Assembly: GCA_965221165.1 (NCBI GenBank)
Contig: CBDCRP010000003.1
Span: 192,001 to 256,000, forward strand
Direction of reading: 5' to 3'
Source: a bacterium
GTDB lineage: Bacteria > UBA8248
Length of the DNA: 64,000 nucleotides
The translations under genes and the position numbers were made by a program. Positions 29,126-39,072 of the stretch are shown here, in pieces. The notes below the pieces were generated by a model. That model made no database searches. It saw only the letters and a program-made list of their open reading frames with translations, and was not told where the DNA came from. The stretch's first letter is position 1; the number at the start of each line of letters is the position of its first letter.

Positions 29126-29548
29126 CTAGACCACCGTTTTCTCTTGGTGGAGACGATCCAGGATACCGTTCACGAAACCTGGAGCATTCTCCGGGCCATA
29201 TCGTTTGGCCAGACGAATCGCTTCATCCATCGTGACCGCGGGCGGGATATCCGGAATAAAATACATTTCGCAAACGCCGAGGCGCAGTATGCTTCTGGAT
29301 ACGGCGTCCATGCGTTCGAGAGACCAACTCGCGCTCGCCGCGGCGAGCAAATCGTTAATCTGGCGTTCTTTCTCCACGATGATCGACATCAACCTGTCGG
29401 CGAATATTCTTGCACTCTCATCCGCGGGATGCAGTCGCCAATAACGATCCACCTCCTCCCCCGTGAGATTTCCGGTGCGATCCGTATGGTAAAGGATTTG
29501 AAACGCAAGCTCTCGTCCCGCCTTTCTGTTCTCTCTGTTCTCCACCAT
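29126..29548 (-). CDS. nusB: Transcription antitermination factor NusB
   Basis: R..RELAFQILY, WSLERM, ILRLG..E, EAIRLAKRYG, FVNGILD; directly after ribH. Confidence 0.95.
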   Translation of the reverse strand: MVENRENRKAGRELAFQILYHTDRTGNLTGEEVDRYWRLHPADESARIFADRLMSIIVEKERQINDLLAAASASWSLERMDAVSRSILRLGVCEMYFIPDIPPAVTMDEAIRLAKRYGPENAPGFVNGILDRLHQEKTVV

Positions 29549-30048
29549 TACTTTCCCTCTGCGGGAGCGTCTTTCCCATCCTCATCCATTCTCGAAAATA
29601 AATTCGCCATCTCGACGGCCGCCAAGGCGCCCTCGTATCCCTTGTTTCCCATCTTCGTTCCCGCACGCTCGACGGCCTGTTCGATCGTATCCGTCGTCAC
29701 GACGGCGAAAATAGTCGGCACCCCCGTCTGGGCGCCCACCTGGGCGATGCCCTTCGTCGCCTCGGCGCACACCAGATCATAGTGAGAGGTCGCGCCCCGT
29801 ATCACGCAGCCCAGGCAAATGATGGCGTCGTATTTGTGCGATTTCGCCATCTTCATCGCGGCCGCCGGAAGCTCGAAGGACCCCGGCACCTGCACGTGCG
29901 CAACATCGGATGTGGACACGCCGCATTGCCGCAAGGCCGTCTGGGCCCCTCGAACGAGGTGCGTGACGATAAAATCGTTAAAGCGCGACGACACGAGGCC
30001 GACCCGCAAACCCTGTCCATTCAGGTTGCCTTCCACCGGATTATCCAT
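29548..30048 (-). CDS. ribH: 6,7-dimethyl-8-ribityllumazine synthase
   Basis: [37 protein letters not shown]. Confidence 0.96.
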   Translation of the reverse strand: MDNPVEGNLNGQGLRVGLVSSRFNDFIVTHLVRGAQTALRQCGVSTSDVAHVQVPGSFELPAAAMKMAKSHKYDAIICLGCVIRGATSHYDLVCAEATKGIAQVGAQTGVPTIFAVVTTDTIEQAVERAGTKMGNKGYEGALAAVEMANLFSRMDEDGKDAPAEGK

Positions 30049-30066
30049 CCCCTCTCCACATGCGTT

Positions 30067-31299
30067 TTATGGACGTTGCAAGTAGGATTCCTTGCCATCC
30101 TTTCTCTTTTTTTGCATAGACGGCAAGCGTGGCTCCATGCCCACCGCCACCCTGTCCTCGAGTTCCAGGCCATAACCTTCGAGCGCCACGATTCTGCGCT
30201 CGTCATTCGTCAGTATCCGAATCCGCCGCAAACCCAAATCCACCAGTATCTGGGCGCCTATGCCGTAATCGCGCAACCCTTCAAACGGAGCGCTCTTGAT
30301 CCCAATCCTCTCAGCCACGTCACGCGGGACTGCGGCCATCTTCTCTTTTCTCGAGGTTTCCTCTCCCATCGAATCGGGCTGCAAAAACACCAGCACCCCC
30401 TTGCCCGCTTCCTGAATCTTGGCCAGCGCGTTTCTGGTCCTGTCCGGACAATCCGAGCGCAAAAGCGCCAACAAATCCCAGATGGCATTCACCGGCTGCA
30501 CCCGAATGTGGGTGGGTTCATCCGGGTCCAACTCGCCCATCACCAAAGCGGCGTGCATCCTTCCGCTGCTTTGGTTGTGGTACGCATAGACCTTGAAAGT
30601 GCCGTACGCCGTCGGCAGTTCGGCCTCCTCCACACGCTCCACCAAGCGATCGTGCCGCATGCGATACGCAATGAGATCCTTGATGGTCACGAGGGAGAGA
30701 TTGTTTTTTTTCGCGATTTTCCACAAGTTGGGGAGGCGCGCCATCGAGCCGTCTTCATTCAAAACCTCACAAAGAACGCCCGCGGGCCGAAGCCCGGCCA
30801 GACGGGCCAGATCCACCGTGCCCTCCGTGTGGCCCGCTCGCCTGAGCACGCCGCCCGGCTGCGCCCGCAGCGGGAAAATGTGGCCGGGCGTCACCAGGTC
30901 CGACGGCCTGGCGTCTTCCTGTATCGCGGTTTGTATGGTGTGGGCCCTGTCGAAGGCGCTGATGCCCGTCGTGACGCCTTCGCGCGCTTCGATGGAAACC
31001 GTAAAAGCCGTGCCGAAAGCCGAGCCGTTCTGGCCGCTCGGCACCATCATGGGAAGGCCCAGAGATTCCACCTTCTCGGGCGTGAGCGCGAGGCAGACCA
31101 GACCGCGCGCGTACTTGGTCATGAAGTTGATCGACTCGGGCGTCACCCTCTCGGCCGCCAGGATAAAATCGCCCTCGTTCTCGCGGTCCTCATCATCCAC
31201 GAGGACGACGATGCGTCCCTCGCGAATATCGCCAATCGCCTCATCGATCGTGGAGAATGGACTTTCGTCGAAATCCTTCTCCTCCCTCGGCTCAGGCAT
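30067..31299 (-). CDS. ribB: DHBP synthase RibB fused to a degenerate GTP cyclohydrolase II-like domain (RibBX-type)
   Basis: DDEDRENEGD, TAFTVSIEA, GISAFDRA, PGHIFPL, GHTE intact; the C-terminal domain keeps RDYGIGAQIL but lacks the Zn-binding Cys set and EGRG. Confidence 0.9.
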   Translation of the reverse strand: MPEPREEKDFDESPFSTIDEAIGDIREGRIVVLVDDEDRENEGDFILAAERVTPESINFMTKYARGLVCLALTPEKVESLGLPMMVPSGQNGSAFGTAFTVSIEAREGVTTGISAFDRAHTIQTAIQEDARPSDLVTPGHIFPLRAQPGGVLRRAGHTEGTVDLARLAGLRPAGVLCEVLNEDGSMARLPNLWKIAKKNNLSLVTIKDLIAYRMRHDRLVERVEEAELPTAYGTFKVYAYHNQSSGRMHAALVMGELDPDEPTHIRVQPVNAIWDLLALLRSDCPDRTRNALAKIQEAGKGVLVFLQPDSMGEETSRKEKMAAVPRDVAERIGIKSAPFEGLRDYGIGAQILVDLGLRRIRILTNDERRIVALEGYGLELEDRVAVGMEPRLPSMQKKRKDGKESYLQRP

Positions 31300-31942
31300 A
31301 GCCCCGCTCCTTCAGCTTCTCCATGGTGACGCCGTCTCGGGACCGCGATTCCGCGTGGGGAGTGAGCAGCTTCTCCACATATTTCCCGATCAAATCCGCC
31401 TCCAGATTCACGACTCCGCCGTCTTTCTTCTCCGTGAGAGTCGTTTGCTCACTCGTATGCGGGATGACGGAAACCGAAAAAGTCTCGTCATCACACGCCG
31501 CTACCGTCAAGCTGATTCCATCCACCGCGATAGAACCTTTATAGACGACATAGCGCATCACCTCCACCGGGGCCTCGAATGTGAGCCAAATGGAGTCGCC
31601 CTCGTTTTTTCTGCTCTTGATCCTGCCCACGCCATCCACGTGGCCGCTCACCAGGTGGCCGCCCAAGCGCTCTCCCAGCGCCATGGCGCGCTCCAGATTG
31701 CATCCGTCACCGACGGCCAGTTCCCCCAAATTCGTACGCCTCAGCGTCTCGATGGACAAATCGGCTTCGAAATTTCTTTCATCACAATCGACCACCGTGA
31801 CACAGACGCCATTGAGCGCTATGGAATCCCCCAACCGCACCCCACTCAAAACACCCGGCGCCTCGATGGCGATTCGCGCACCTTTGGCGTCTTTTCTCAG
31901 TGAGTGAATCGCGCCGATGGTCTCGATGATCCCGCTAAACAC
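31292..31942 (-). CDS. ribE: Riboflavin synthase (alpha subunit)
   Basis: MFSGIIE, GDSIALNGVC.TV, NLERAM, GGHLVSGHVDG, KGSIAVDGISLTV. Confidence 0.96.
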   Translation of the reverse strand: MFSGIIETIGAIHSLRKDAKGARIAIEAPGVLSGVRLGDSIALNGVCVTVVDCDERNFEADLSIETLRRTNLGELAVGDGCNLERAMALGERLGGHLVSGHVDGVGRIKSRKNEGDSIWLTFEAPVEVMRYVVYKGSIAVDGISLTVAACDDETFSVSVIPHTSEQTTLTEKKDGGVVNLEADLIGKYVEKLLTPHAESRSRDGVTMEKLKERGYA

Positions 31943-33092
31943 CCGCCCAGTCCCCCATGTCTTTCCATACTGGTTTTTTGAAATATCCTTGAATCAACAA
32001 ATCATCTCCAATAACTTCATGTATTACATTAAATAATCCGGGCAGAGATTGCAATTCCGATTCATGAAGTCCGGAAATCGCGCCCGGAGCCTGCGCATCC
32101 CCTACCACCAGGGGCGCCAAAAAATACAGGAGACGATCCGCCAAACCCTCACGAATGAAAGAACCGTGAACCCGCCCGCCGCCCTCTACTAGAATATGAC
32201 GAACGCCGCGATTTCCCAACACCCCTAGAAGCGGGGCGAGAGATACCCGGCCTTGTAAGTCCGCTTCCACCCGAACGACCTCCGCACCCGCCTCGCGCAG
32301 GGCCTTTTCCTTGGCCGGAGGCGCTGCTTCCATCGCCGCAACGATGGTGGAGCTGCCTTGCAGCGGGGCCAGCACCCGGGCTTTGGGAGGGGTCCTGAGC
32401 ATTGAATCCAGGACAACTCTCGTCAACGGCTTGCCCGGGACTCCATCGGGCCGCGCAGTGAGTAACGGGTCGTCCTCGATCACCGTCTCCACGCCCACCA
32501 GAATGGCGTCCGCCTTATTCCTGAAATGATGGCCCGCATTTCTCGCCGCCTCGCCCGTTATCCACCTGCTTTGCCCGCTTCGTGTAGCGATTTTCCCGTC
32601 CAGACTCGCAGCGGCCTTCAGGGTAAGGAAGGGGCGACCACGCTTCCACCAGTGAAAATAGACTTCATTCCGGCGCACCGCCTCCTCGGCCATTATACCA
32701 ATTTCCACCCCGACGCCATGCGCGCGCAGGTGCGCAAATCCTTTGCCGGACACTTGCGGGTTCGGGTCCGAGACGGCGGCGATGACGTGAGAAACGCCCG
32801 CGTCCACCACGAAAGGCGCGCAAGGGGGCGTTCTGCCTTGGTGAGAACATGGCTCCAGGGTGAGGATTAAAACGCCGCCTCGCGCACGGTCGCCCGCTTC
32901 TTGTAAGGCCAAGACTTCCGCGTGCGGCTCCCCTGCCTTCCGGTGCCAGCCCCGGCCCACGACCTCTGCGCCGGAATCGAGAACGACGGCTCCGACGAGC
33001 GGGTTGGGACTCGTCATTCCCTCCGCGCGCGCCGCGAGAGACAGGGCTTCGGCCATCAACTCGTTTTTCCGCTCGGCGGAGAGGTGGACCAT
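31935..33092 (-). CDS. ribD: Bifunctional deaminase/reductase RibD
   Basis: PNPLVGAV, HAE, TLEPCSH.GRTPPC, SLDGKIA, DDPLLT.R, VEGGG. Confidence 0.96.
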   Translation of the reverse strand: MVHLSAERKNELMAEALSLAARAEGMTSPNPLVGAVVLDSGAEVVGRGWHRKAGEPHAEVLALQEAGDRARGGVLILTLEPCSHQGRTPPCAPFVVDAGVSHVIAAVSDPNPQVSGKGFAHLRAHGVGVEIGIMAEEAVRRNEVYFHWWKRGRPFLTLKAAASLDGKIATRSGQSRWITGEAARNAGHHFRNKADAILVGVETVIEDDPLLTARPDGVPGKPLTRVVLDSMLRTPPKARVLAPLQGSSTIVAAMEAAPPAKEKALREAGAEVVRVEADLQGRVSLAPLLGVLGNRGVRHILVEGGGRVHGSFIREGLADRLLYFLAPLVVGDAQAPGAISGLHESELQSLPGLFNVIHEVIGDDLLIQGYFKKPVWKDMGDWAGV

Positions 33093-33108
33093 CAAAAGGG
33101 AATCTCGC

Positions 33109-35760
33109 TCAATGGATTTCGACCGTTTGGTATGAACCGTGCGTTACAGTCGCCTGGGCGGCGGCGAGCCTCGCAATCGGCGCCCGGTACGGAGCGCAGG
33201 AGACGTAATCCATTTTCATCATGTGGCAAAATTCAACCGACGTGGGTTCACCGCCATGCTCCCCGCAAATGCCCACCTCGAGATCCTTCCGTCTCGCACG
33301 GCCGCGCTCCATGCCGATCTGCACCATCTCGCCCACTCCCTCACGATCAACGGCCACGAAGGGATCTCTGGGAATCAATTCCTTTTCGATGTACCTGGGC
33401 AGGAACCAGCCCGCGTCATCGCGGCTCAGACCATAGGTAAGCTGGGTCAGATCGTTCGTGCCGAAACTGAAGAATTCCGCACTATCGGCAATTTCTCCCG
33501 CCAGGAGACAGGCCCTGGGAATTTCGATCATCGTGCCCGTGAGGTAGCGGGGCGTGACGCCTTTTTCTTCGATTACCTTCCCGGCGATGTCGTGCACGAT
33601 GTCGCGATTGAACTCCCATTCCCCTATGCCGGAGGTGAGAGGAATCATGATTTCAGGCAACACGTCCACGCCCCGCGATTTCATTTCACAGGCCGCCTCG
33701 ATGATGGCGCGCACCTGCATTTCGGCGATTTCGGGATACGTGACCACCAGACGACAGCCGCGGTGGCCCAGCATCGGGTTCTGCTCTTCGGTCGCTTCGG
33801 TGGCGTGGCGCACCGCGTCGAGGCCTACGCCCAACAACCTGGCCACATGCTCCATGTCTTCTTCCGTCTTGGGCAAAAATTCGTGAAGCGGCGGATCCAA
33901 GAGCCTGATCGTCACTGGCCTTTCTTTCATCACTTCGAAGATGCCGATGAAATCCTCGCGCTGCATGGGCAGGAGATGATCCAGCGCATCTCGCCTGTCT
34001 TCCTCCGTAGTCGCCAGAATCATCGCGCGCACGTAATCGATGCGCTCCCCCTCGAAGAACATATGCTCCGTCCGGCACAGGCCGATTCCCTCGCAGCCGA
34101 ATTTGAGAGCCGCCTTGCTATCCGTCACCGTGTCGGCGTTCGCGCGAACGCCCAAGGTTCTAATCTCATCCGCCCATTCCATCAGGGTGGCGAAATCCCC
34201 CGAAAGCTCGGGTTGCTTGAGTTTCGCCTCGCCCAGAATCACCTCTCCGGTAGTTCCGTTCAAGGAAATGAAATCGCCCTCCAATACCGTTTCGCCGTTC
34301 ACGCGAATAACCTTCTCATCCCCCTTTACGTTCAGGGCGCTGCAGCCGGTGACGCAGCATTTGCCCATCTGCCTCGCGACGACGGCCGCATGCGAGGTGA
34401 GCCCGCCCCGCGCCGTGAGGATGCCCTGAGAAACGTTCATCCCGTTGATGTCTTCGGGGCTCGTCTCCTGGCGCACCAGGATAACGGGTTCTCCCGCCTC
34501 CGCCCGCTCCACCGCATCCGTGGCGGTGAACACCACCCGGCCCACGGCGGCGCCCGGCGATGCGGCCAGGCCCGTGGCCACCACTTTCAACTCCCCTTCC
34601 ACGTCGATCATCGGATGCAGCAGCTGGTCAAGACTATCGGGGTCCACCATCTTCAAAGCGGTTCGCCTGTCTATCATGCCTTCCCTCACCAACTGGATGG
34701 CGATTCGCACGGCCGCCGCCGCAGTCCGCTTTCCGTTCCTCGTCTGGAGCATGAAAAGGCGCCCGTTCTGAATCGTGAACTCCATGTCCTGCATATCTTT
34801 GTAATGGGCTTCGAGCTTTTCGGTAATTCTTTCAAATTCCTCATAACATTCGGGCATCTTTCCCTTGAGGTTCTCGATGGGCTCGGGCGTCCTGATACCC
34901 GCCACCACGTCCTCGCCCTGGGCGTTGAAGAGAATCTCGCCATAGAGCTTATTCTCGCCGGTGGCGGGGTTCCGCGAAAAAGCGACCCCGGTGCCGCAAT
35001 CCTCTCCCATGTTGCCATACACCATGCACTGCACGTTGACGGCGGTGCCCCAGTCGTGGGGAATGTGATACAGCCGGCGGTAGGTGAAAGCGCGATCGTT
35101 GTTCCAGGACTTGAACACCGCTTCGATGGCCAGACGCAGTTGCTCGTAAGGGTCCTGGGGGAAACTCGAACCCGTCTTCTCTTTCACGAGGGCGGCGTAT
35201 TCATCCACCAGTTCGGCCAGATCGTCCGCCGTCAGGTCCAAATCGGAAGCGGCCCCCTTGCGTTGTTTCATCGCCTCGATCTTCGATTCAAAATCGTGGT
35301 GCTCCATCTCGAGAACCACGTTCCCGAACATGTTGATGAACCTGCGGTAGCTGTCGTACGCAAAACGGCGGCTGCCCGATTTTTTTTCGAGAGCGACGAC
35401 CGTCTCGTCGTTCATCCCCAAATTCAGGACGGTATCCATCATGCCCGGCATCGAATCGCGCGCCCCGGAGCGTACACTCACCAAGAGCGGGTTTTCATCG
35501 CCGCCGAATTGCGTCCCCATCGCGTCTTCCAGGCGCGCCATCTGCTCCTTCACGCCCTCCCAGAGACCCGAGGGAAACTCGCTTTGTTCCAGGTAATCGA
35601 CGCAAACCTGCGTCGTGATGGTGAAACCCGGCGGCACGGGGATGTCCAGGCTCGCCATTTCCGCCAAGTTCGCGCCCTTACCTCCCAGCAGATTGCGCAT
35701 GCCGGCGCTTCCATCGGTCCGCCCGGCGCCAAAGGAATAAATCATCTTCTCCGTCATCAC
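33109..35760 (-). CDS. ppdK: Pyruvate, phosphate dikinase
   Basis: LLGGKGANL, SVRSGA..SMPGMMDT, GGLTSHAAVVAR (phospho-His), GIGLCRTEHMF, FSFGTNDLTQ, GICGEHGG. Confidence 0.97.
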   Translation of the reverse strand: MMTEKMIYSFGAGRTDGSAGMRNLLGGKGANLAEMASLDIPVPPGFTITTQVCVDYLEQSEFPSGLWEGVKEQMARLEDAMGTQFGGDENPLLVSVRSGARDSMPGMMDTVLNLGMNDETVVALEKKSGSRRFAYDSYRRFINMFGNVVLEMEHHDFESKIEAMKQRKGAASDLDLTADDLAELVDEYAALVKEKTGSSFPQDPYEQLRLAIEAVFKSWNNDRAFTYRRLYHIPHDWGTAVNVQCMVYGNMGEDCGTGVAFSRNPATGENKLYGEILFNAQGEDVVAGIRTPEPIENLKGKMPECYEEFERITEKLEAHYKDMQDMEFTIQNGRLFMLQTRNGKRTAAAAVRIAIQLVREGMIDRRTALKMVDPDSLDQLLHPMIDVEGELKVVATGLAASPGAAVGRVVFTATDAVERAEAGEPVILVRQETSPEDINGMNVSQGILTARGGLTSHAAVVARQMGKCCVTGCSALNVKGDEKVIRVNGETVLEGDFISLNGTTGEVILGEAKLKQPELSGDFATLMEWADEIRTLGVRANADTVTDSKAALKFGCEGIGLCRTEHMFFEGERIDYVRAMILATTEEDRRDALDHLLPMQREDFIGIFEVMKERPVTIRLLDPPLHEFLPKTEEDMEHVARLLGVGLDAVRHATEATEEQNPMLGHRGCRLVVTYPEIAEMQVRAIIEAACEMKSRGVDVLPEIMIPLTSGIGEWEFNRDIVHDIAGKVIEEKGVTPRYLTGTMIEIPRACLLAGEIADSAEFFSFGTNDLTQLTYGLSRDDAGWFLPRYIEKELIPRDPFVAVDREGVGEMVQIGMERGRARRKDLEVGICGEHGGEPTSVEFCHMMKMDYVSCAPYRAPIARLAAAQATVTHGSYQTVEIH

Positions 35761-35901
35761 CTACATCCTCCCGCGCCGCTCGCGCGCATCACAATGGTTA
35801 CAGATGTTAAAAAACCGCTCCGGTTACTCTGTTGTCCTGTTCTTTATCACGCCTTCGGCCTCACCCGTCGGGACGCCGGCTGCGCCCTTAAAGCTGCCTG
35901 A

Positions 35902-38091
35902 TTATACCCTGCGAATTTTCGTGAAATCCGCAATCGGCGAAAACAGCGCGCCCACGCCGCTCATCAGCGCAAGACGGTTTTTTCGCAAGGCGGCATCCTC
36001 GGCCATCACCATCACCTCATCGAAAAAATCATCCACCACGGGCCGGATTTCAGCAATCGAGGACGTCGCCGAAACATACGCCTCCTCCAAGGAGGCGGCA
36101 TCTCCCGCCCGGACGTTCGTCAAGGCTGCCTCCACTGCTTCTGAAACCTTGCCCAAAGATGCGTTCAGCTTCTTCTCGGCGCCGTCCGCGAGGAGCCGCG
36201 CATCCAGGCTGTCCGCCGCATCATGCCTACCTTCCTCTTTCGCCTGGCGGATGATGTTGCTCACCCGCCTGAAGGTCGTCGTGAGCGGCTCGAAGGTTTC
36301 CTCACTCGACGCCAAGCGCTCCAGGGCGCGGAGACGCGCCCGCGCGTCCATCACGTCGCGCCAGCCCGAGTCGTCTCCCGCCGCGAGCACCGCTTCCACC
36401 AGATCGCCGCGCGCGCCGCCGCGCGAGAGATGAGCGGACACCCTGTTGCGCAGAAAACCCAAAATACTTTTCGACGCCTCGGCGTAGGCTTCTTTGAACT
36501 TATCCTCCAGAGGCTCGCTCGCCATCTCCACCCATTCGGGCAAGGAGATTCCAAAGCTCTTGTCCTCCAGGATGAGCAAAATCGCGTTGGCCGCGCGCCT
36601 GAGCGCATAAGGGTCCTCGGAACCGCTGGGCAGGTAGCCCAGACCCACCATGCCGACGATGGTATCCATCCTGTCGGCGAGACCCACGATGGCGCCCGCA
36701 CGGCCGCCCGGGAGGTCGTCTCCCTCGCCCCTGGGCAGGTAATGCTCATATATGGCGCGGGATACCGCCTCGTCCCTGCCCTCGCGCTCGGCATAGCGCC
36801 GCCCCATGACGCCCTGAAGCTCGGGAAATTCATACACCATGCCGCTGGTCAAATCCGCCTTACACAAAAAGGCCGCCTCGTCCACGGCTTTCGCCAAAGC
36901 GCCATCGCCCGGCGCGAGTTTTTCGCACATCCATGCGCTCAGGCGCCTGAAGCGCTCGACCTTGTCCCAACTCGTGCCCAGCCTCGGGTGATAGACGACG
37001 CCCTTGAGCCCCTCCGCCATGTCGACGAGAGGCGTTTTGAGGTCCTGGCTCCAGTAGAAATCCGCATCCTCCAGCCTCGCGCGCACGACGCGCTCATATC
37101 CTTTTCGCACCACGCCCATGTCCCTCGCCCGCGTGTTGCTCACGCCGATGAAGGAGGGAATGAGCCGCTCTCCTCCCTTTTCCCTGAGCGCAAAGCACCT
37201 TTGGTGCACCTCCAGGGTGGAGATGATGACCTCATCGGGCAGGTCCAGAAATTTCTCATCGAACCCGCACGCCACCGGAAACGGCCATTCGACCAGATGC
37301 GCCACCTTCTCCACCAAGCGCTCCACGGCCTCCGCATCCGCCGCGGGTTCGCCGCCCTCTGATTCCGCGGCCTCCAGAACGCCTGCGCGCACCATGGGGA
37401 TGCGCCCGCCACCAGATCCGTCATCGACAAAGGGCTCCACATTATTCTCATGTAGAACATCAATATATTTCTGAAAACTATTGATATCGAATATATAATT
37501 TGCATGAAATCTGTGGCCATAAGTCTCCGGCCCGAAGCACGGAAGCGACTCGTCTTCACCCGGTGCAGGACCATCGACGCACTCTTGTCCATAGAGGGCC
37601 AAAATCCACTGCACGGGCCGGACGAAGGAAAATTTACCGGCTCCCCACCGCATGGACTTAGGAGACGGCAACTCCCTGATGAGTTTCGTCAGCAAAGGCC
37701 CCAAAACGGCCTTGGCCTCCTGCCCTAAGTCTTCTCTAAAATACATCAGGCGCGCACCCTTGGGCGTATCCACCTCCTTGAGCTCGGCCACGGCCACTCC
37801 ATTCGTCCTGGCGAAGCCGAGGGCCGCTTTCGTCGGATTCCCGTCCCCATCGAATGCGTTCTTGACGGGGGGACCCAGGATTTCCTCCCGAAGCGGCTTT
37901 TGACGCTCCGCCAGATCGGCCACATGCAAAACGAGCCTTCTGGGCGTCCCGAACGTCTCCAGGCCCTCGAAATCCAGGCGCGCCTCGACAAACGCCGCCT
38001 CGGCCCGATCCTTGAGAGCCGCTATCATCCCCGGCATGTAGGTGGAGGGAATCTCCTCGGTTCCGATTTCAAAAACAAGCTCTTTGCCCAA
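35902..38091 (-). CDS. glyS: Glycine--tRNA ligase beta subunit
   Basis: FEIGTEEIP, TPRRL, KSMRWG, GHRF, ARLEDA.F, KADL..MV.EFPELQG, DPYALRR, RKNRLAL. Confidence 0.95.
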   Translation of the reverse strand: MGKELVFEIGTEEIPSTYMPGMIAALKDRAEAAFVEARLDFEGLETFGTPRRLVLHVADLAERQKPLREEILGPPVKNAFDGDGNPTKAALGFARTNGVAVAELKEVDTPKGARLMYFREDLGQEAKAVLGPLLTKLIRELPSPKSMRWGAGKFSFVRPVQWILALYGQECVDGPAPGEDESLPCFGPETYGHRFHANYIFDINSFQKYIDVLHENNVEPFVDDGSGGGRIPMVRAGVLEAAESEGGEPAADAEAVERLVEKVAHLVEWPFPVACGFDEKFLDLPDEVIISTLEVHQRCFALREKGGERLIPSFIGVSNTRARDMGVVRKGYERVVRARLEDADFYWSQDLKTPLVDMAEGLKGVVYHPRLGTSWDKVERFRRLSAWMCEKLAPGDGALAKAVDEAAFLCKADLTSGMVYEFPELQGVMGRRYAEREGRDEAVSRAIYEHYLPRGEGDDLPGGRAGAIVGLADRMDTIVGMVGLGYLPSGSEDPYALRRAANAILLILEDKSFGISLPEWVEMASEPLEDKFKEAYAEASKSILGFLRNRVSAHLSRGGARGDLVEAVLAAGDDSGWRDVMDARARLRALERLASSEETFEPLTTTFRRVSNIIRQAKEEGRHDAADSLDARLLADGAEKKLNASLGKVSEAVEAALTNVRAGDAASLEEAYVSATSSIAEIRPVVDDFFDEVMVMAEDAALRKNRLALMSGVGALFSPIADFTKIRRV

Positions 38092-38103
38092 ACCCGAAGC
38101 CCC

Positions 38104-39072
38104 CTAACCCTTCACCGCTTTTACTTTCGCCTCGTATTGCGCGGCGTAGAGGGCGAGATGCTCCCTACGCTGCGCATCGTCCCTGATCAGAGGGAAACCG
38201 GCCTCATAGCGAGACTTGAGATAGCTCTCGGCGCACGCGCGCGCCATTTTTCTGATTCTGCCGATATAGCGCGCCCGCTCGCTCACGCTGATGGCGCCTC
38301 GCGCATCCAGAAGATTAAAGGTGTGCGAGCACTTGAGCGCGTGATCGTAGGCGGGAAACGTGAGGCCCTTCTCCACGAGGCGCAATCCTTCCGCCTCGTA
38401 TTTATCAAAAATGTCGAAATGAATGGTTACGTCCGCCTCATCGAAATTATAGTGGCTGAACTCCACTTCCGTCTGGTGATGCACGTCGGCGTATCTGACG
38501 ACTCCACCATCCGTATCTCGCGCCCATACGAGGTCGTACACGCTCTCCACCCCTTGTAGGTACATGGCGATGCGTTCGAGCCCGTAGGTCAACTCCGCGG
38601 ACACCAGGTCCAAATCCAGTCCGCCGGCCTGCTGGAAATACGTGAACTGCGTGACTTCCATGCCATCGAGCCACACCTCCCAGCCCAGTCCCCAGGCGCC
38701 GAGGTTCGGCGATTCCCAATCATCTTCGACAAAACGGATATCGTGCTCGAGCGGGTCGACGCCCAAACTCTTCAGGCTTTCGAGATACTGCTCCTGCACG
38801 TCGATGGGCGAGGGTTTCAGAATCACCTGGTACTGATAATAATGCTGGAGCCTGTTCGGGTTCTCCCCGTAGCGGCCGTCCGTGGGCCTCCTGCTGGGCT
38901 CGACGTAGGCCACCTTCCAGGGTTCGGGGCCGAGAGAGCGCAAAAAAGTGGCCGGGTTCATCGTGCCCGCGCCGACCTCGATGTCGTATGGCTGCTGGAT
39001 GACGCACCCTTTTTGAGACCAGTACCTCTCCAGCCCCATGATCACTTCCTGAAACGTCAACAGGTCGCTCAA
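38104..39072 (-). CDS. glyQ: Glycine--tRNA ligase alpha subunit
   Basis: [54 protein letters not shown]. Confidence 0.97.
   Translation of the reverse strand: MSDLLTFQEVIMGLERYWSQKGCVIQQPYDIEVGAGTMNPATFLRSLGPEPWKVAYVEPSRRPTDGRYGENPNRLQHYYQYQVILKPSPIDVQEQYLESLKSLGVDPLEHDIRFVEDDWESPNLGAWGLGWEVWLDGMEVTQFTYFQQAGGLDLDLVSAELTYGLERIAMYLQGVESVYDLVWARDTDGGVVRYADVHHQTEVEFSHYNFDEADVTIHFDIFDKYEAEGLRLVEKGLTFPAYDHALKCSHTFNLLDARGAISVSERARYIGRIRKMARACAESYLKSRYEAGFPLIRDDAQRREHLALYAAQYEAKVKAVKG

Noticed and set aside
35790-35830. GGTTAC direct repeats upstream of ppdK
   Set aside because: Only two 6-mers; compatible with chance.
33139-35901. 920-aa + strand ORF, and similar long ORFs at 25098, 29782, 39087, 42898, 49350, 51462 and 56689
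   Set aside because: Antisense shadows of well-conserved genes (ppdK, murJ, rib genes, lysC, alaC, aspS, MFS/AKR, ThDP enzyme); expected from GC-rich codon bias, with no recognisable motifs.
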